Shown one piece after another: positions 7,993 to 17,789 of a DNA stretch of 64,000 bases. Within the stretch, counting starts at the first letter, position 1. Each line of letters begins with the position of its first letter. The notes beneath the pieces are model-generated. The model was not told the DNA's origin and made no database searches. It saw only the letters and a program-made list of their open reading frames with translations. A program made the position numbers and the translations under genes. The DNA is from Planctomycetota bacterium (GTDB taxonomy: Bacteria; Planctomycetota; UBA8108; UBA1146; JAJFFE01), in contig JBFWWP010000004.1 in assembly GCA_050246115.1 (NCBI GenBank), positions 98,521 to 162,520 of the forward strand, written 5' to 3'.

Positions 7993-9120
7993 ATGAAGCA
8001 CAAGACGGGCCGGGTCGCCATCGTCGCGGGTTGTCGAACCCCATTCGTCAAGGCGCGAACGGCGTTCGAACCGCTCGGGCCGCTTGCGCTCGGAGCCCGC
8101 GCTGTGTCCGGGCTGTTGCAGCAGTCGGAGATCCCGTCCGCCGAGATCGAAGCGGTGGCTTTCGGGGTGGTGGTACCTGAGCCGGGTCGACCCAATCTCG
8201 CGCGCGAAATCGTCTTCGAGACCGGACTCCCGATGTCCGTCGAGGCGCAGACCGTGTCTTCGTACTGCATCACCGGACTACGTTCGCTGACGATCATCGC
8301 GGACGCGATTGCCCGCGGACGCATCGACGTCGGGATCGCGGGCGGCGCTGAGTCGCTCTCCCGGGCAGACCCCAACACCTTCCGCGAACCGACCACTGGC
8401 CTCTCCATGGGGGAGCACATGGAGCTCACCGCCAAGGAGTGGAAGCTGCCCCGAGCGCGGATCGATGAGATCGCGCTCGCTAGTCACCAGCGGGCCGTGG
8501 CCGCGCAAACGCACCTCGATGCAGAGATCGTGGAGGTCGAAGGCGTGCGGCGCGACTCGGGACCGCGGGCGACGTCGTCGCTCGAGGCACTCGCGGGTCT
8601 CAAGCCCGTCTTCGGCGAGACTGGAGTCATCACGGCCGGCAACGCCTCGCCAGTGACGGACGGAGCGGCGGCGGTGCTGTTGATGAGCGAGGAGCGCGCG
8701 CGCGCCGACGGCCGCGAACCGCTCGCGTTCATCCATGCCATGGAGTACGGTGCCATCGACCCCAAACAAGGGCTCTTGATGGCGCCCGCCTCGGTCGTCC
8801 CGCGCCTCCTCGAACGGTCGGGCATCGCGCTGGGCGACATCGATCTGATCGAGATCCACGAGGCGTTCGCCGCGCAAGTGCTCGCCAACGTCATGGCCTG
8901 GGAGCAGGGTTGGGGCGGCAAGCCGACCGGCACCGTGGATTGGGATCGTGTGAACGTGAACGGCAGCTCGCTGGCCATCGGGCATCCATGGTCGGCAACC
9001 GGCGGCCGCATCGTCACCACACTCGCCCACGAGATGGCCCGCCGCGACAGTAGTTGGGGACTGGTCAGCATCTGTGCCGCCGGCGCAATGGCCGGCGCCT
9101 TCTTGCTCGAACGGAGCTGA
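7993..9120 (+). CDS. Acetyl-CoA C-acyltransferase / thiolase family protein
   Basis: 375 aa. N-terminus 'VAIVAGCRTPFVKA', active-site-like 'SSYCITGLRS', C-terminal 'HPWSATGGRIVTTLAHEMARRD...SICAAGAMAGAFLLE' typical of thiolases. RBS GAGAGG upstream of the ATG. Confidence 0.85.
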   Translation: MKHKTGRVAIVAGCRTPFVKARTAFEPLGPLALGARAVSGLLQQSEIPSAEIEAVAFGVVVPEPGRPNLAREIVFETGLPMSVEAQTVSSYCITGLRSLTIIADAIARGRIDVGIAGGAESLSRADPNTFREPTTGLSMGEHMELTAKEWKLPRARIDEIALASHQRAVAAQTHLDAEIVEVEGVRRDSGPRATSSLEALAGLKPVFGETGVITAGNASPVTDGAAAVLLMSEERARADGREPLAFIHAMEYGAIDPKQGLLMAPASVVPRLLERSGIALGDIDLIEIHEAFAAQVLANVMAWEQGWGGKPTGTVDWDRVNVNGSSLAIGHPWSATGGRIVTTLAHEMARRDSSWGLVSICAAGAMAGAFLLERS

Positions 9121-9183
9121 ACGCGCCCCCGCGACCGGGACGACGCGGCCAGCTAGAGGCCAAAACCACCGAAGGACCGGCTG

Positions 9184-9371
9184 CTGAGGAGTCGCCCAAG
9201 AATGACTTCGACATCTTGCCGTCGATCGGGGTCAGATTCGGCCGATCCGGAAAGCTCGGAACCGGAGGCGTAGCCTTGGTTCCGGTGAGGATTTCGAGGT
9301 TCTCGGATCGGTCGAAGATGGCCCGAAGCGACGAGCAAGAGGGTGAAGTTATTCTTAGGCAACTCCTTAGG
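9184..9371. mobile_element. MITE-like element, full-length copy (~190 bp) with ~22-25-bp terminal inverted repeats, ~40 bp upstream of the usp gene
   Basis: Left end 'ggagtcgcccaagaatgacttc', right end 'gaagttattcttaggcaactcc' (reverse complement 19/22 identical). The interior is near-identical to 57411-57597 and includes the hairpin 'ggaacc...ggttcc'. No ORF. Confidence 0.6.
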
Positions 9372-9412
9372 GCCGGGTCCTCTCACCGCAGTTCGAAAGG
9401 CAACGACGGTCC

Positions 9413-10543
9413 ATGAAGTATCGGCGAATCCTGGTTCCCACGGATTTCTCAACCGGATCCGAGAGCGCCCTGCGCTACGCCTGCCGTTTTGCGCGGTGCA
9501 CCGCGAGCGAACTCGTGCTGCTCCATGTGCTGGATCTGCCGCTCTACTACTACCGCACACTCGAGACCCAGAGCGACAGCCCGCGTGAACTCCGACAACA
9601 CGCCTTCGAGCAAGCGCGTGCCAAGGCCCAAGAGATCCTGACTCGGCTTCCTGAGGCCGTGGACATTCCCGCGCACATCAGGGTCCGTACCGGGAGCGCG
9701 AGCCGCGAGATCATCGCCGAGGTCCAAGAGGAGAAGAACATCGATCTCGTGATCATCGCGACCTCGGGCCGTAGCGGGATTTCGCACGCACTCCTCGGCA
9801 GCGTGGCTGAGAAAGTGATCCGCACTTGCTCCTGCCCGGTGATCACGCTGCGCGAAGGCACGACCGGCTTTGCGCCAGACCAACGCTCTCTGCGTGGAGT
9901 CCTGTGCCCGTCCGACGCTTCGAAGTTGTCGGAAGGTGCATTCCCGACGGCGGTCGATCTGTGCCAGAGATTCCATGCACCGTTGCACGTACTCCACGTA
10001 CTCGAGGACCTCTCGGCGTATCCCATGGTCGAGTGGGCGTTCCTGCCAGACCAACAGATCAACGCGGTGTACGAGAAGGCGGAAGCGGACGCGCGCGCGA
10101 GCATCCAACAGGCGGTCGAGCAACGGTGCTCGTCGGCCGCCATCGTGTTCGACGTGAACGTTCGGCGAGGACACGCTGCCGACGGCATCGTCGAGGAAGC
10201 GAAGCGCACCGGATCGGACCTGATCGTCATGATGACGCACGGTCGCACCGGGTTCGAGCACTCGATTCTGGGCAGCGTCGCAGAGCGGGTGGCACGAACC
10301 GCAACGTGTCCAGTGTTGACCCTGCGCGTTACCAAGAAGAAAGAAAAGTCCAAGGACAAGAAGAAGGACAAGGTCGCGGAGCGGGAGCAGGCCGTTGCCA
10401 AGAAGCAGAAGGCGGCAGCAGCGAAGAGTCGCGAAGCAGCCGCCAAAGTAGAAGCCAAGAAGGCCAAGCAGGCGGCGAAGGCCGCCAAACAGAACGCGAA
10501 GAAGACCAAGGAGAAATCCAAAACGAAGCGCGCGGCAAAGTAG
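9413..10543 (+). CDS. Tandem-domain universal stress protein (UspA family) with a C-terminal Lys/Ala-rich (histone H1-like) tail
   Basis: Two Usp domains ('ILVPTDFSTGSESAL...LVLLHVLD...IATSGRSGISHALLGSVAEKVIRTCSCPVITLR', then a second '...HVLHVLED...LIVMMTHGRTGFEHSILGSVAERVARTATCPVLTLR'). Then 'VTKKKEKSKDKKKDKVAEREQAVAKKQKAAAAKSREAAAKVEAKKAKQAAKAAKQNAKKTKEKSKTKRAAK'. Confidence 0.85.
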   Translation: MKYRRILVPTDFSTGSESALRYACRFARCTASELVLLHVLDLPLYYYRTLETQSDSPRELRQHAFEQARAKAQEILTRLPEAVDIPAHIRVRTGSASREIIAEVQEEKNIDLVIIATSGRSGISHALLGSVAEKVIRTCSCPVITLREGTTGFAPDQRSLRGVLCPSDASKLSEGAFPTAVDLCQRFHAPLHVLHVLEDLSAYPMVEWAFLPDQQINAVYEKAEADARASIQQAVEQRCSSAAIVFDVNVRRGHAADGIVEEAKRTGSDLIVMMTHGRTGFEHSILGSVAERVARTATCPVLTLRVTKKKEKSKDKKKDKVAEREQAVAKKQKAAAAKSREAAAKVEAKKAKQAAKAAKQNAKKTKEKSKTKRAAK

Positions 10544-10703
10544 CACCGAGACCAACGCGTGCTGTCGTTCGCTTCGATCCGGAAGCGAAGCACGGTTGCG
10601 GTCGCCGCAGAGTCCAAAAGGCGCGGCTCGTGAAGCTCGAGCGTTCGACGGCGAGTTCATCCAAGCATCGGTCTCGAACGCCGCAGGCGAATGAAGGTAC
10701 GGC

Positions 10704-12380
10704 ATGAGGTCTTGGAGCATGTGGGCAGTTCTCATCGCAGGCTTCGGCTGGGGCACCCCCCTCCTCGGCCAGCCCGGTACCACGATCATCACCCATGGCT
10801 TCCAGTTGGACGGCGTGCTCCCGGCGTGGCCCGCGGTCATGGGTGCCGCGATGGCGCAGCTTCCCCAAGCCGCCGCGCCCACGGGCACCGTCCTCGTGTA
10901 CGACCCGAGCACCGGCGCGTGGTCTCCCGTGTTCGGTTCCGGAGACCCTACCGGGGAGATCGTCTTGATCTTCGACTGGGCCGACGACTCGTCGTGGTTT
11001 CCCGGCGACGACGATCGGCAGGGAACCGCTCATGGGGCGGCCGCCGCCCTCTACGGCGCGCTCCGTGCCCCGCACATTAGCGGCGCCCCGGCAATGACGA
11101 GCTTTCTCGCATGGCCGGGAGGTGCACCTCGACGACTCCACTTCCTGGGCCACAGTCGTGGGACCTGCGTGAACAGCGAGGTAGTTCGTCGACTGGTGGT
11201 CGCGGGCTACACGGTAGACCACGTCACGACGCTGGATCCTCACCCCGTTGGACCGGTGGCCGATCTCCTTGACCCGCAGCCGACCACTTGGGTTGGTGTG
11301 AACTGGGCCGACAACTACTTTCGTCAGGATGACTGTGACCTCGACTACGGTTGTTTCGGGTTCGACTTCGATGGTCAGCAGATCATCGGTGCCGCGAACC
11401 ACGACCTCGGGCTCGACGCCTTCGGACTGATCGACAACCGCCTGAACAGTTGCAGCTTGGAGCACTCCTTGGTGCACACCTGGTATCACGGCACGATCGA
11501 TACCGCGACGGCGTCGGACGGCGACTGTCCGGTCGAGCGTGCCAACTGGTACTTCGCGGGGGGGGTCGGCGAAGGTTACGCCTTCTCGCAGGTCGCGGGT
11601 GGAGCCTCGCAACGTCCCTGTGGTCCGAGCGGCGGGTGCGCGGACGCGGGACGCACCGTCGCGACGCCAGCGTCCCCGATCATCAACGGCGACTTCGAGT
11701 TCGGGGCATTCCAGGACGCGGGATGGCGCTGGCACGGTGGCGGCGGCCCAGGGCGGATCATCGAGGAATCCGGGAACTCCTTCCTGACCCTCGACTCCAC
11801 GGGGCCGTCGCGGACTCACAGTCGTTTCTACCTGGACGTCTTCGCAACGAACCTGCAGTACGACCTACGGGTGTTCGCGCCGGGGGCCGCAGCTTCCTTG
11901 GTGATCACGTTGAGAGAAGCCGGATCGCTCGTCGACCTGCTCATCGACAGCGTCCCGCTCTCGTCTTCGACGTCCTGGAGCGCTCGCAGCGTTGACCTGA
12001 CCAGCATCCCCAAGGGGCGGCTCTACTCGCTGACGGTAGCGCTCACGCCCGCCAACACCTTGGCCATTGCCGACCTGGACGAGTTCGGCCTCGAGTTCGC
12101 GGCCGGACCGCAGTTCTGGCGCGGCGACTGCAACGGCGACGGCGCCATCGATCTCGCCGACGCCGTGGCGGCGCTCAGCGCCTTGTTTGGAGCCGGTGGC
12201 CCGCCGCCTTGTGGCGTCGCTTGCGACGCGAACGACGACGGCACGTTCGACGTGGCCGATGCGGTCTCGACCCTGCTCGCGCTCTTCGGATCGGCGGGTC
12301 CGCTACCGCCCCCCAGTGTCGGCTGCGGACCCGACCCGACCGCAGATGCGCTGGATTGCGCAAACCCGACCTGCCCATGA
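10704..12380 (+). CDS. Secreted alpha/beta-hydrolase (lipase-like, GHSRG nucleophile elbow) with beta-sandwich region and C-terminal dockerin module + Cys-rich tail
   Basis: ATG 10704 with AAGG upstream. Signal-like N-terminus. 'LHFLGHSRGTCV' matches GxSxG. C-terminus: 'FWRGDCNGDGAIDLADAVAALSALFGAGGPPPCGVACDANDDGTFDVADAVSTLLALFGSAGPLPPPSVGCGPDPTADALDCANPTCP'. Confidence 0.75.
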   Translation: MRSWSMWAVLIAGFGWGTPLLGQPGTTIITHGFQLDGVLPAWPAVMGAAMAQLPQAAAPTGTVLVYDPSTGAWSPVFGSGDPTGEIVLIFDWADDSSWFPGDDDRQGTAHGAAAALYGALRAPHISGAPAMTSFLAWPGGAPRRLHFLGHSRGTCVNSEVVRRLVVAGYTVDHVTTLDPHPVGPVADLLDPQPTTWVGVNWADNYFRQDDCDLDYGCFGFDFDGQQIIGAANHDLGLDAFGLIDNRLNSCSLEHSLVHTWYHGTIDTATASDGDCPVERANWYFAGGVGEGYAFSQVAGGASQRPCGPSGGCADAGRTVATPASPIINGDFEFGAFQDAGWRWHGGGGPGRIIEESGNSFLTLDSTGPSRTHSRFYLDVFATNLQYDLRVFAPGAAASLVITLREAGSLVDLLIDSVPLSSSTSWSARSVDLTSIPKGRLYSLTVALTPANTLAIADLDEFGLEFAAGPQFWRGDCNGDGAIDLADAVAALSALFGAGGPPPCGVACDANDDGTFDVADAVSTLLALFGSAGPLPPPSVGCGPDPTADALDCANPTCP

Positions 12381-13603
12381 CTTCGAGCCCCCAAGAGCCG
12401 GGGTGGCGGCGCAGCGTCGGCGTCATTCATTCCGTAGGATCGTGGATCCTCGTGTTGGGGCTGGGCGTCGCAGCGCTACTGGTCGTCACCCCCGCTCCCA
12501 GCCTCGCGCTGTTTCGACTCGGCTTGATCGTGACGGAGTACGGGCACTGGCTCGCGCCAGCCCTCGTCGCAGTGGTGCTCACCACCCGCGCGCGCGACAC
12601 GACCGGGCGCGTTCGTCGCCTGCGGATCGGTCGCTCGGCGCTCGCTCTGGTTGCGGCCTCGCTGCTGATCAGCCCAGCAGTGCGCGCGTCGAACGCTGCG
12701 CCTGGCATCGCGGCCACGCTGACCGAAGCTGGCCTCACGCCCAGGGACCCCGTTGCCGGACGGCTTCGCGGGACACCGTTGCACGCCCTCGAACTGTGGC
12801 TCGGCGTCCCCGTGGATCGCCGCCCGATCGTCGAACGGACCTACTCACGATCCACGGGGGTAGACCTGAGACTCGACTTCCTGGCTGCAAGCGGCGCTGG
12901 AGAAGCCGGCAAGCCGTGCGTCGTCGTGGTCCACGGTGGTGGTTGGGACAGTGGTTCGCGCAAGGAGTTCCCCGAGCTATCGCACTATCTCGCGAACCGC
13001 GGGGTGAGTGTCGCCAGCATCGATTACCGGCTCGCACCCCGGCACCCCTGGCCCGCAGCGCGCGACGACGTCGTCACCGCGCTCGAGTACCTGCGCACGA
13101 ACGCCGTCGAACTCGACATCGACCCGAACCGATTCGTGTTGCTCGGCCGTTCCGCAGGTGCCCAAGTTGCGGCCGCGGCGGCGTACTCCCGTGCGGATCT
13201 CGGCGTCTGCGGACTGGTGGCGTTGTACGGCCCCATGGACATGCACTTCGCTTGGCGTCACGCCCGTGCCGATGACATTCTGGATTCGCCGCGCCTGATC
13301 GCGAGTTACCTCGGAGGCTCCCCTACTGCGGTGCCCACGGCATTCGACGAGGCCTCCCCCATCGGCTTCGTGAACGCGAGTACACCACCGACCCTCCTCC
13401 TCCATGGACTACGGGATGACCTGGTCTGGTACCGTCAGAGCGAGCGCCTCGCGGAACGGCTCGCATCCATGGGGGTTGCGCACGCGCTGATCCAGCTCCC
13501 CTGGGCAAACCACGGGTTCGACTATAACCTGAGCGGGCCGGGTGGGCAGGCCACGGTCTATGCCGTGGAACACTTCGTGGCTGCGGTCACCGACAGCGGT
13601 TGA
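12377..13603 (+). CDS. Membrane-anchored alpha/beta-hydrolase, esterase/lipase fold-3 (HGGG oxyanion motif, GRSAG nucleophile)
   Basis: Start trimmed to the ATG at 12377, which overlaps the upstream stop as ATGA (12377-12380). N-terminal hydrophobic helices. 'VVVHGGGWDSGS', 'LLGRSAGAQVA', 'LLLHGLRDDLV...WANHGFD'. The upstream 168 nt of the track ORF overlap the lipase gene in another frame and are R-rich. Confidence 0.75.
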   Translation: MTSSPQEPGWRRSVGVIHSVGSWILVLGLGVAALLVVTPAPSLALFRLGLIVTEYGHWLAPALVAVVLTTRARDTTGRVRRLRIGRSALALVAASLLISPAVRASNAAPGIAATLTEAGLTPRDPVAGRLRGTPLHALELWLGVPVDRRPIVERTYSRSTGVDLRLDFLAASGAGEAGKPCVVVVHGGGWDSGSRKEFPELSHYLANRGVSVASIDYRLAPRHPWPAARDDVVTALEYLRTNAVELDIDPNRFVLLGRSAGAQVAAAAAYSRADLGVCGLVALYGPMDMHFAWRHARADDILDSPRLIASYLGGSPTAVPTAFDEASPIGFVNASTPPTLLLHGLRDDLVWYRQSERLAERLASMGVAHALIQLPWANHGFDYNLSGPGGQATVYAVEHFVAAVTDSG

Positions 13604-13705
13604 ACGACGCGATGGGAGCTGCGGCTTCGCGACACGGGGTCGCTGCTCGCCCGGGCTGCGAATTCGCCGACGCGCGCCAGTCGCGAGGTTGCGCCAGTTG
13701 CGAGG

Positions 13706-15697
13706 TTGCACCGCGCGCGACTCCGGAGAACGACCACGAGGGGATCGTCCATGACGCACTCGGCATCGTCACCCGAACCGTCGCCACCGCGCGCGTGGTG
13801 GCTCGACGTGGGAATCGTCGTGCTGCTGTGCGGCGTATGCGCCGGCGTGTTTGCGAATGGAGTGCACGGCGACTTCGTCTACGATGACGTGCGGCAGATC
13901 CAGCAGAACCGCCTGATCGCGGATCCCGCGCTCCTGTGGAGGGCGCTCGTCTCCGACGTTTGGGCCTTCAAAGGCGATCGCGGTTCGAGTTGGAGCAATT
14001 ACTGGCGCCCCACCTTCGTGTTGTACCTCGTGTTGAACCAGCGCTTGTTCGGCACCGAGGATCCCTTGGGTTGGCACGTGATGAACGTGTCGCTCCACGC
14101 CGTCGTCGTGACCTTGGGCTATGGGCTACTCCGTTCACTCGGCGCGAGCCGCGCGCTCGCCGCTGCGGTGGCGCTGCTGTTTGCGGTCCACCCGGTGCAT
14201 GTGGAGTCGGTAACGTGGATCTCCGGCAGTCCTGACCTCCTGGTCGCGATCGGCACCCTCGGCGCCCTCGGGTGCGTCATGAGCGACTACCGACGACCTC
14301 GGCGTCGGACGAAGTTCGGCGGTTTGGCCCTTTATGCCTTCGCGCAGCTCGCGAAGGAAAGCGCTGTGCTGTTCCCGGCGCTCGTGTTCGCAACCGTGTT
14401 TCTGCTCGACCCAGGGTTCACCCAGCGACGGCTGAAGCGGGCCGCGAAAGCAACCGTGCCGTTCGCAGCCCTGACCCTCCTCTACCTCATCGCTCACCAC
14501 CGGATCGCCCCACCCATTGACGTTGCCTGGGATCCGGGGCTCGGCGGGATCCTGCGTACGGCGCCCCTGGTTTTGAGTTTCTATCTGCGGCAGGCACTGT
14601 TGCCGGTGTGGATCGGCCCCGCGTACCCGCTGCGGGCGCTCGGACCCGACGACCTGGATTGGCTCAACTTCACCGTCCCGCTGGCGGTGGCGATCGCGGG
14701 CGGAGCTGGACTGCTCTATGCCGCACGTCGCGACCCGGTGCGCCAGGTAGGCCTGCTCTTGTTTGCGTTGCTGCTCGCTCCGGCCTTCTACCTTCGTGCG
14801 TTTCGGCATGAGGAGATCGTGCACGACCGCTACCTGTACCTTCCGCTCCTCGGTCTCCTCGCTGCTCTCCTTCCCACGTTGGCGACCGCCGTGACGCACT
14901 GGCTGCCGCGCTCGGGCCCGCGTGTGCTCACAGCGTCTGTGTGCATCGTCGCGGCGCTCCTCGCCGTACAGACCGTGCGGTGCAATCGCACGTGGAGTTC
15001 GGCCGAGACACTTTGGACGCGAGCGGTCGAATCCGCACCGAACGCAGCCCACGCCTGGTCCGAGCTTGCGAATGTTCACTACCGGCGCCCAGCCTCGACG
15101 CCGGCGGAGCGGCAAGCGCGCGCGAACGACGCCAAGCGCTGTGTCGACCGAGCGCTCGAGTTGTATCCGGCAACCCAGGCATTCTTGTTGCGCGGTGTGA
15201 TCGCGCGGGACGAGCGACGCTTCGATGACGCCGTGGCCGATTTCGAGCGCATCCTGGCGCACCATCCGGAGCACGTGCTGGCGTACGAGAACCTCGCGGT
15301 TTGCCACGATGCCGCCGGCCATACCGAGGCGGCCATCGCGGCGCTCGAACGCGCTCGCGCCAAGGTGCCGTACCGCTATGCGACCTGGACCGAGAAGATC
15401 GCGGTTTGTTACTATCGCCTCGGTCGGCAAGACGACGTCGTGCGCGAGCTCGAAGAAGCCCGACCCCGGGTCGCCCAAGAGTACCGACTCGTCCCCGAGG
15501 CCAGTCTCGTGCTCTACCGGCTCGCTTCGATCCGCGCCGCTCGCGGCGAGACGCAGCTCGCGCGCGACGCTGCCACCGAGTTCCTTCGGCTCACTGCCGA
15601 CACGTCGCACCCGGGAATCCAGCGACGGCGCGCAGAGACCGAGACCTTGCTCGAGACCGTCCCCGCATTCGACGCAACGGCCCCATCGCAGAAGTGA
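13706..15697 (+). CDS. Polytopic membrane protein with DUF1736/TMTC-like N-terminal domain and C-terminal TPR repeats (putative protein O-glycosyl(mannosyl)transferase-like)
   Basis: N-terminal multi-TM region with the 'FVYDD...IQQN' motif that I recognise from TMTC/DUF1736 proteins. C-terminal TPR-like units ('AHAWSELANVHYRR', 'LELYPATQAFLLRGVIARDERRFDDAVADFERILAHHPEH', 'AYENLAVCHDAAGHTEAAIAALERA'). True start may be the downstream Met (13751). Confidence 0.6.
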   Translation: MHRARLRRTTTRGSSMTHSASSPEPSPPRAWWLDVGIVVLLCGVCAGVFANGVHGDFVYDDVRQIQQNRLIADPALLWRALVSDVWAFKGDRGSSWSNYWRPTFVLYLVLNQRLFGTEDPLGWHVMNVSLHAVVVTLGYGLLRSLGASRALAAAVALLFAVHPVHVESVTWISGSPDLLVAIGTLGALGCVMSDYRRPRRRTKFGGLALYAFAQLAKESAVLFPALVFATVFLLDPGFTQRRLKRAAKATVPFAALTLLYLIAHHRIAPPIDVAWDPGLGGILRTAPLVLSFYLRQALLPVWIGPAYPLRALGPDDLDWLNFTVPLAVAIAGGAGLLYAARRDPVRQVGLLLFALLLAPAFYLRAFRHEEIVHDRYLYLPLLGLLAALLPTLATAVTHWLPRSGPRVLTASVCIVAALLAVQTVRCNRTWSSAETLWTRAVESAPNAAHAWSELANVHYRRPASTPAERQARANDAKRCVDRALELYPATQAFLLRGVIARDERRFDDAVADFERILAHHPEHVLAYENLAVCHDAAGHTEAAIAALERARAKVPYRYATWTEKIAVCYYRLGRQDDVVRELEEARPRVAQEYRLVPEASLVLYRLASIRAARGETQLARDAATEFLRLTADTSHPGIQRRRAETETLLETVPAFDATAPSQK

Positions 15698-16085
15698 CCC
15701 GACGTCGCTCCGATGCCTCCGCATTGCGGGAGCCGTGCTCGGGACCGGCCGCGCGATCCGGCGGCCCAGAACACGCCGAAGACGCGACGGCGGAGCCTTG
15801 CCCCGTCGGACCACACGCTTCGCGCCCGCGACTCAGGCGCGAGCCGCTGGGGTCGCCTTGCGCGCCGTTCCCCGAGACGAGGTGGTGAGTCCTCGAACGT
15901 CCTCGCCGACACCCGGGAAGATCCGCCGTTTTCCGTGGCTTTTTGGGGAGCCCATGCGAAAGAATCCTCCGGTGTGCGCGTGGCGGCGTCCGCGAACCCG
16001 GCGACGAGACGAGCGTGCACAACGAACCCGCACGATCCAGAACGCACTCGTACAACTTCGCGACACGGGAAGGTCGACGACTTCG

Positions 16086-17348
16086 ATGGCAGAGCCCACC
16101 GGCGTGTCCAGGTTTCTCCCTCCCCGACCATCGGGCGTCGTTCCACGGGACACCTCGACAGAGCACGACCGACGCGCGGCCGTGGCCGACCCCGACTCGG
16201 GTCCGGTGCAGGAGGTCGGAGTCCTGATCGTCGGTGCGGGGCCTTACGGTATCGCGCTGGCGCTCGAACTACACCGCCTCGGCGTTCCCTTCGCCGTTTG
16301 CGGCGAGCCCTTCAAGCTGTGGCTGCATCACACCCTACCGAGTGCGGCCCTACGTTCGGATGCACGCACGAGCGAGGTCTACTCGCACGACGATCGTTTC
16401 GCCATGGAAGCGATCCTTGCCGAACGTTACGGAACCGTGGAGGCCCGCCGCATCTGCCGTGAGCGGATCCCGGTCTCGCTCTACCGCGAGTACCTCCAGC
16501 GGGTGTGCGAGCGCCTCCCGTTTGCAGTCCAGCGCGAGCTGATCGAGCAGCTCACCCGTACCGACAGCGGTTTCGCGGCCCGAACGAGCCGTGGCTCCGT
16601 GATCCATTCCACGCAGGTCGTACTTGCGTGTGGGCCAGAGCCACACCAAAGACTCCCGCGGGCACTCGCAAGCATCACTCCCGACCGTGTCATCCACGGC
16701 TGGGACACGGAGCGCTACCAAGCGCTGAGCCAGAAGCGGGTGTTGGTGGTGGGGTCTGGTCAGTCCGCGGCGGAGGCGATCGCGCATCTGCTGCCGCACA
16801 ACGAAGTGACGTGGGTGTACCGCACCGCGCCGATCTTCTGGGCCGATCCGATTCACCTGCCGGCACCGATCTTTCGGCTGTTGCTGCACGCGTCGACGTG
16901 CTTTCGTTGGCTCCCTTCTGCGCCGCGACGGTGGCTGGCCCGCTTGTTCACGGGTAGCACGATCACGCCGGATTTGGAAGCGGCCGTGTTCTCTACCCAG
17001 GTGGATCGCATCGAGTGCGACATCGATGGACTTGCTCTCGTCGACGTCGGCTCCGAGATCCAGAGCCGCAAGCTCGAGCGTTCCTTCGATCGCGTGGTCG
17101 CCTGCACGGGTTACCGGACGAGCTTCGCCAACCTGCGCTTCCTCGCTCCCGAACTCGCCGCAGCGACGTGCTGCCAACAGGGCTTCCCGGAACTCGATCG
17201 CAACTACGAAACCAGCGCGCGCGGTGTGTTCGCGATTGGCAGCCTGGCCGAGCCGCGCCACGGACCCGCACAACGCTTCGTCATGGGAAGCCAGAACGCC
17301 GCGATCGCCGTCTCGCGAGTGCTCGCGCGTCGCCACGAAGCTTCCTGA
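16086..17348 (+). CDS. FAD-dependent N-hydroxylating monooxygenase-like protein (lysine/ornithine N-monooxygenase 'K_oxygenase' family)
   Basis: Track ORF 15225-17348 trimmed to the first in-frame ATG (16086). The upstream part is R/P-rich and overlaps the preceding gene. 'VLIVGAGPYGIALALE' (FAD motif), second dinucleotide motif 'VLVVGSGQSAAE' (closely resembles the GGGQSAAE motif of PvdA/IucD-type enzymes), 'ACTGYR'. Confidence 0.6.
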   Translation: MAEPTGVSRFLPPRPSGVVPRDTSTEHDRRAAVADPDSGPVQEVGVLIVGAGPYGIALALELHRLGVPFAVCGEPFKLWLHHTLPSAALRSDARTSEVYSHDDRFAMEAILAERYGTVEARRICRERIPVSLYREYLQRVCERLPFAVQRELIEQLTRTDSGFAARTSRGSVIHSTQVVLACGPEPHQRLPRALASITPDRVIHGWDTERYQALSQKRVLVVGSGQSAAEAIAHLLPHNEVTWVYRTAPIFWADPIHLPAPIFRLLLHASTCFRWLPSAPRRWLARLFTGSTITPDLEAAVFSTQVDRIECDIDGLALVDVGSEIQSRKLERSFDRVVACTGYRTSFANLRFLAPELAAATCCQQGFPELDRNYETSARGVFAIGSLAEPRHGPAQRFVMGSQNAAIAVSRVLARRHEAS

Positions 17349-17789
17349 CTGGGCTCTGCCATCGACGGCGAACGAAGCGCTGCCGAGGCTCGCCTCTCGT
17401 TCGTGAGCCGATGGGGCCAGTCCCGGTGCTGCTCGTGATGCACGACTTCTCGCGAGAAACTCGATCCCAGGGGTGACCTCGGTGGGCCCATCGTGTAGAG
17501 TCCCCGGGTAACACCTTACTGAGTCCGGACTGAGTCCGGTCGACGCGAGGCCCACTGCGCGCCCTGCGGGTGGGGCTCGTTCGTTCGAGTGCGCGTCAAG
17601 ACTCGTTTCGACGGTCGTGAGCACAATGGCCAGAGCCTCCTCGATCGAGGAGCCAGTCTCGGCCCGCGTCCGCGCCTCGCCCAACCCACACCCAGAGAGC
17701 GACGCGTTGCCGTTCTCGTCGACGGTCTCGATGCGCACTCTCGTCGAGCGAGCCTCCCCTGGCTCTCGCAGCGGCTGCAAAGGAGTGAA

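Noticed and set aside
15225-16085. 5' extension of the monooxygenase ORF (287 extra codons)
   Set aside because: R/P-rich, overlaps the 3' end of the preceding gene in another frame, and the FAD-binding motif begins right after the first in-frame ATG at 16086.
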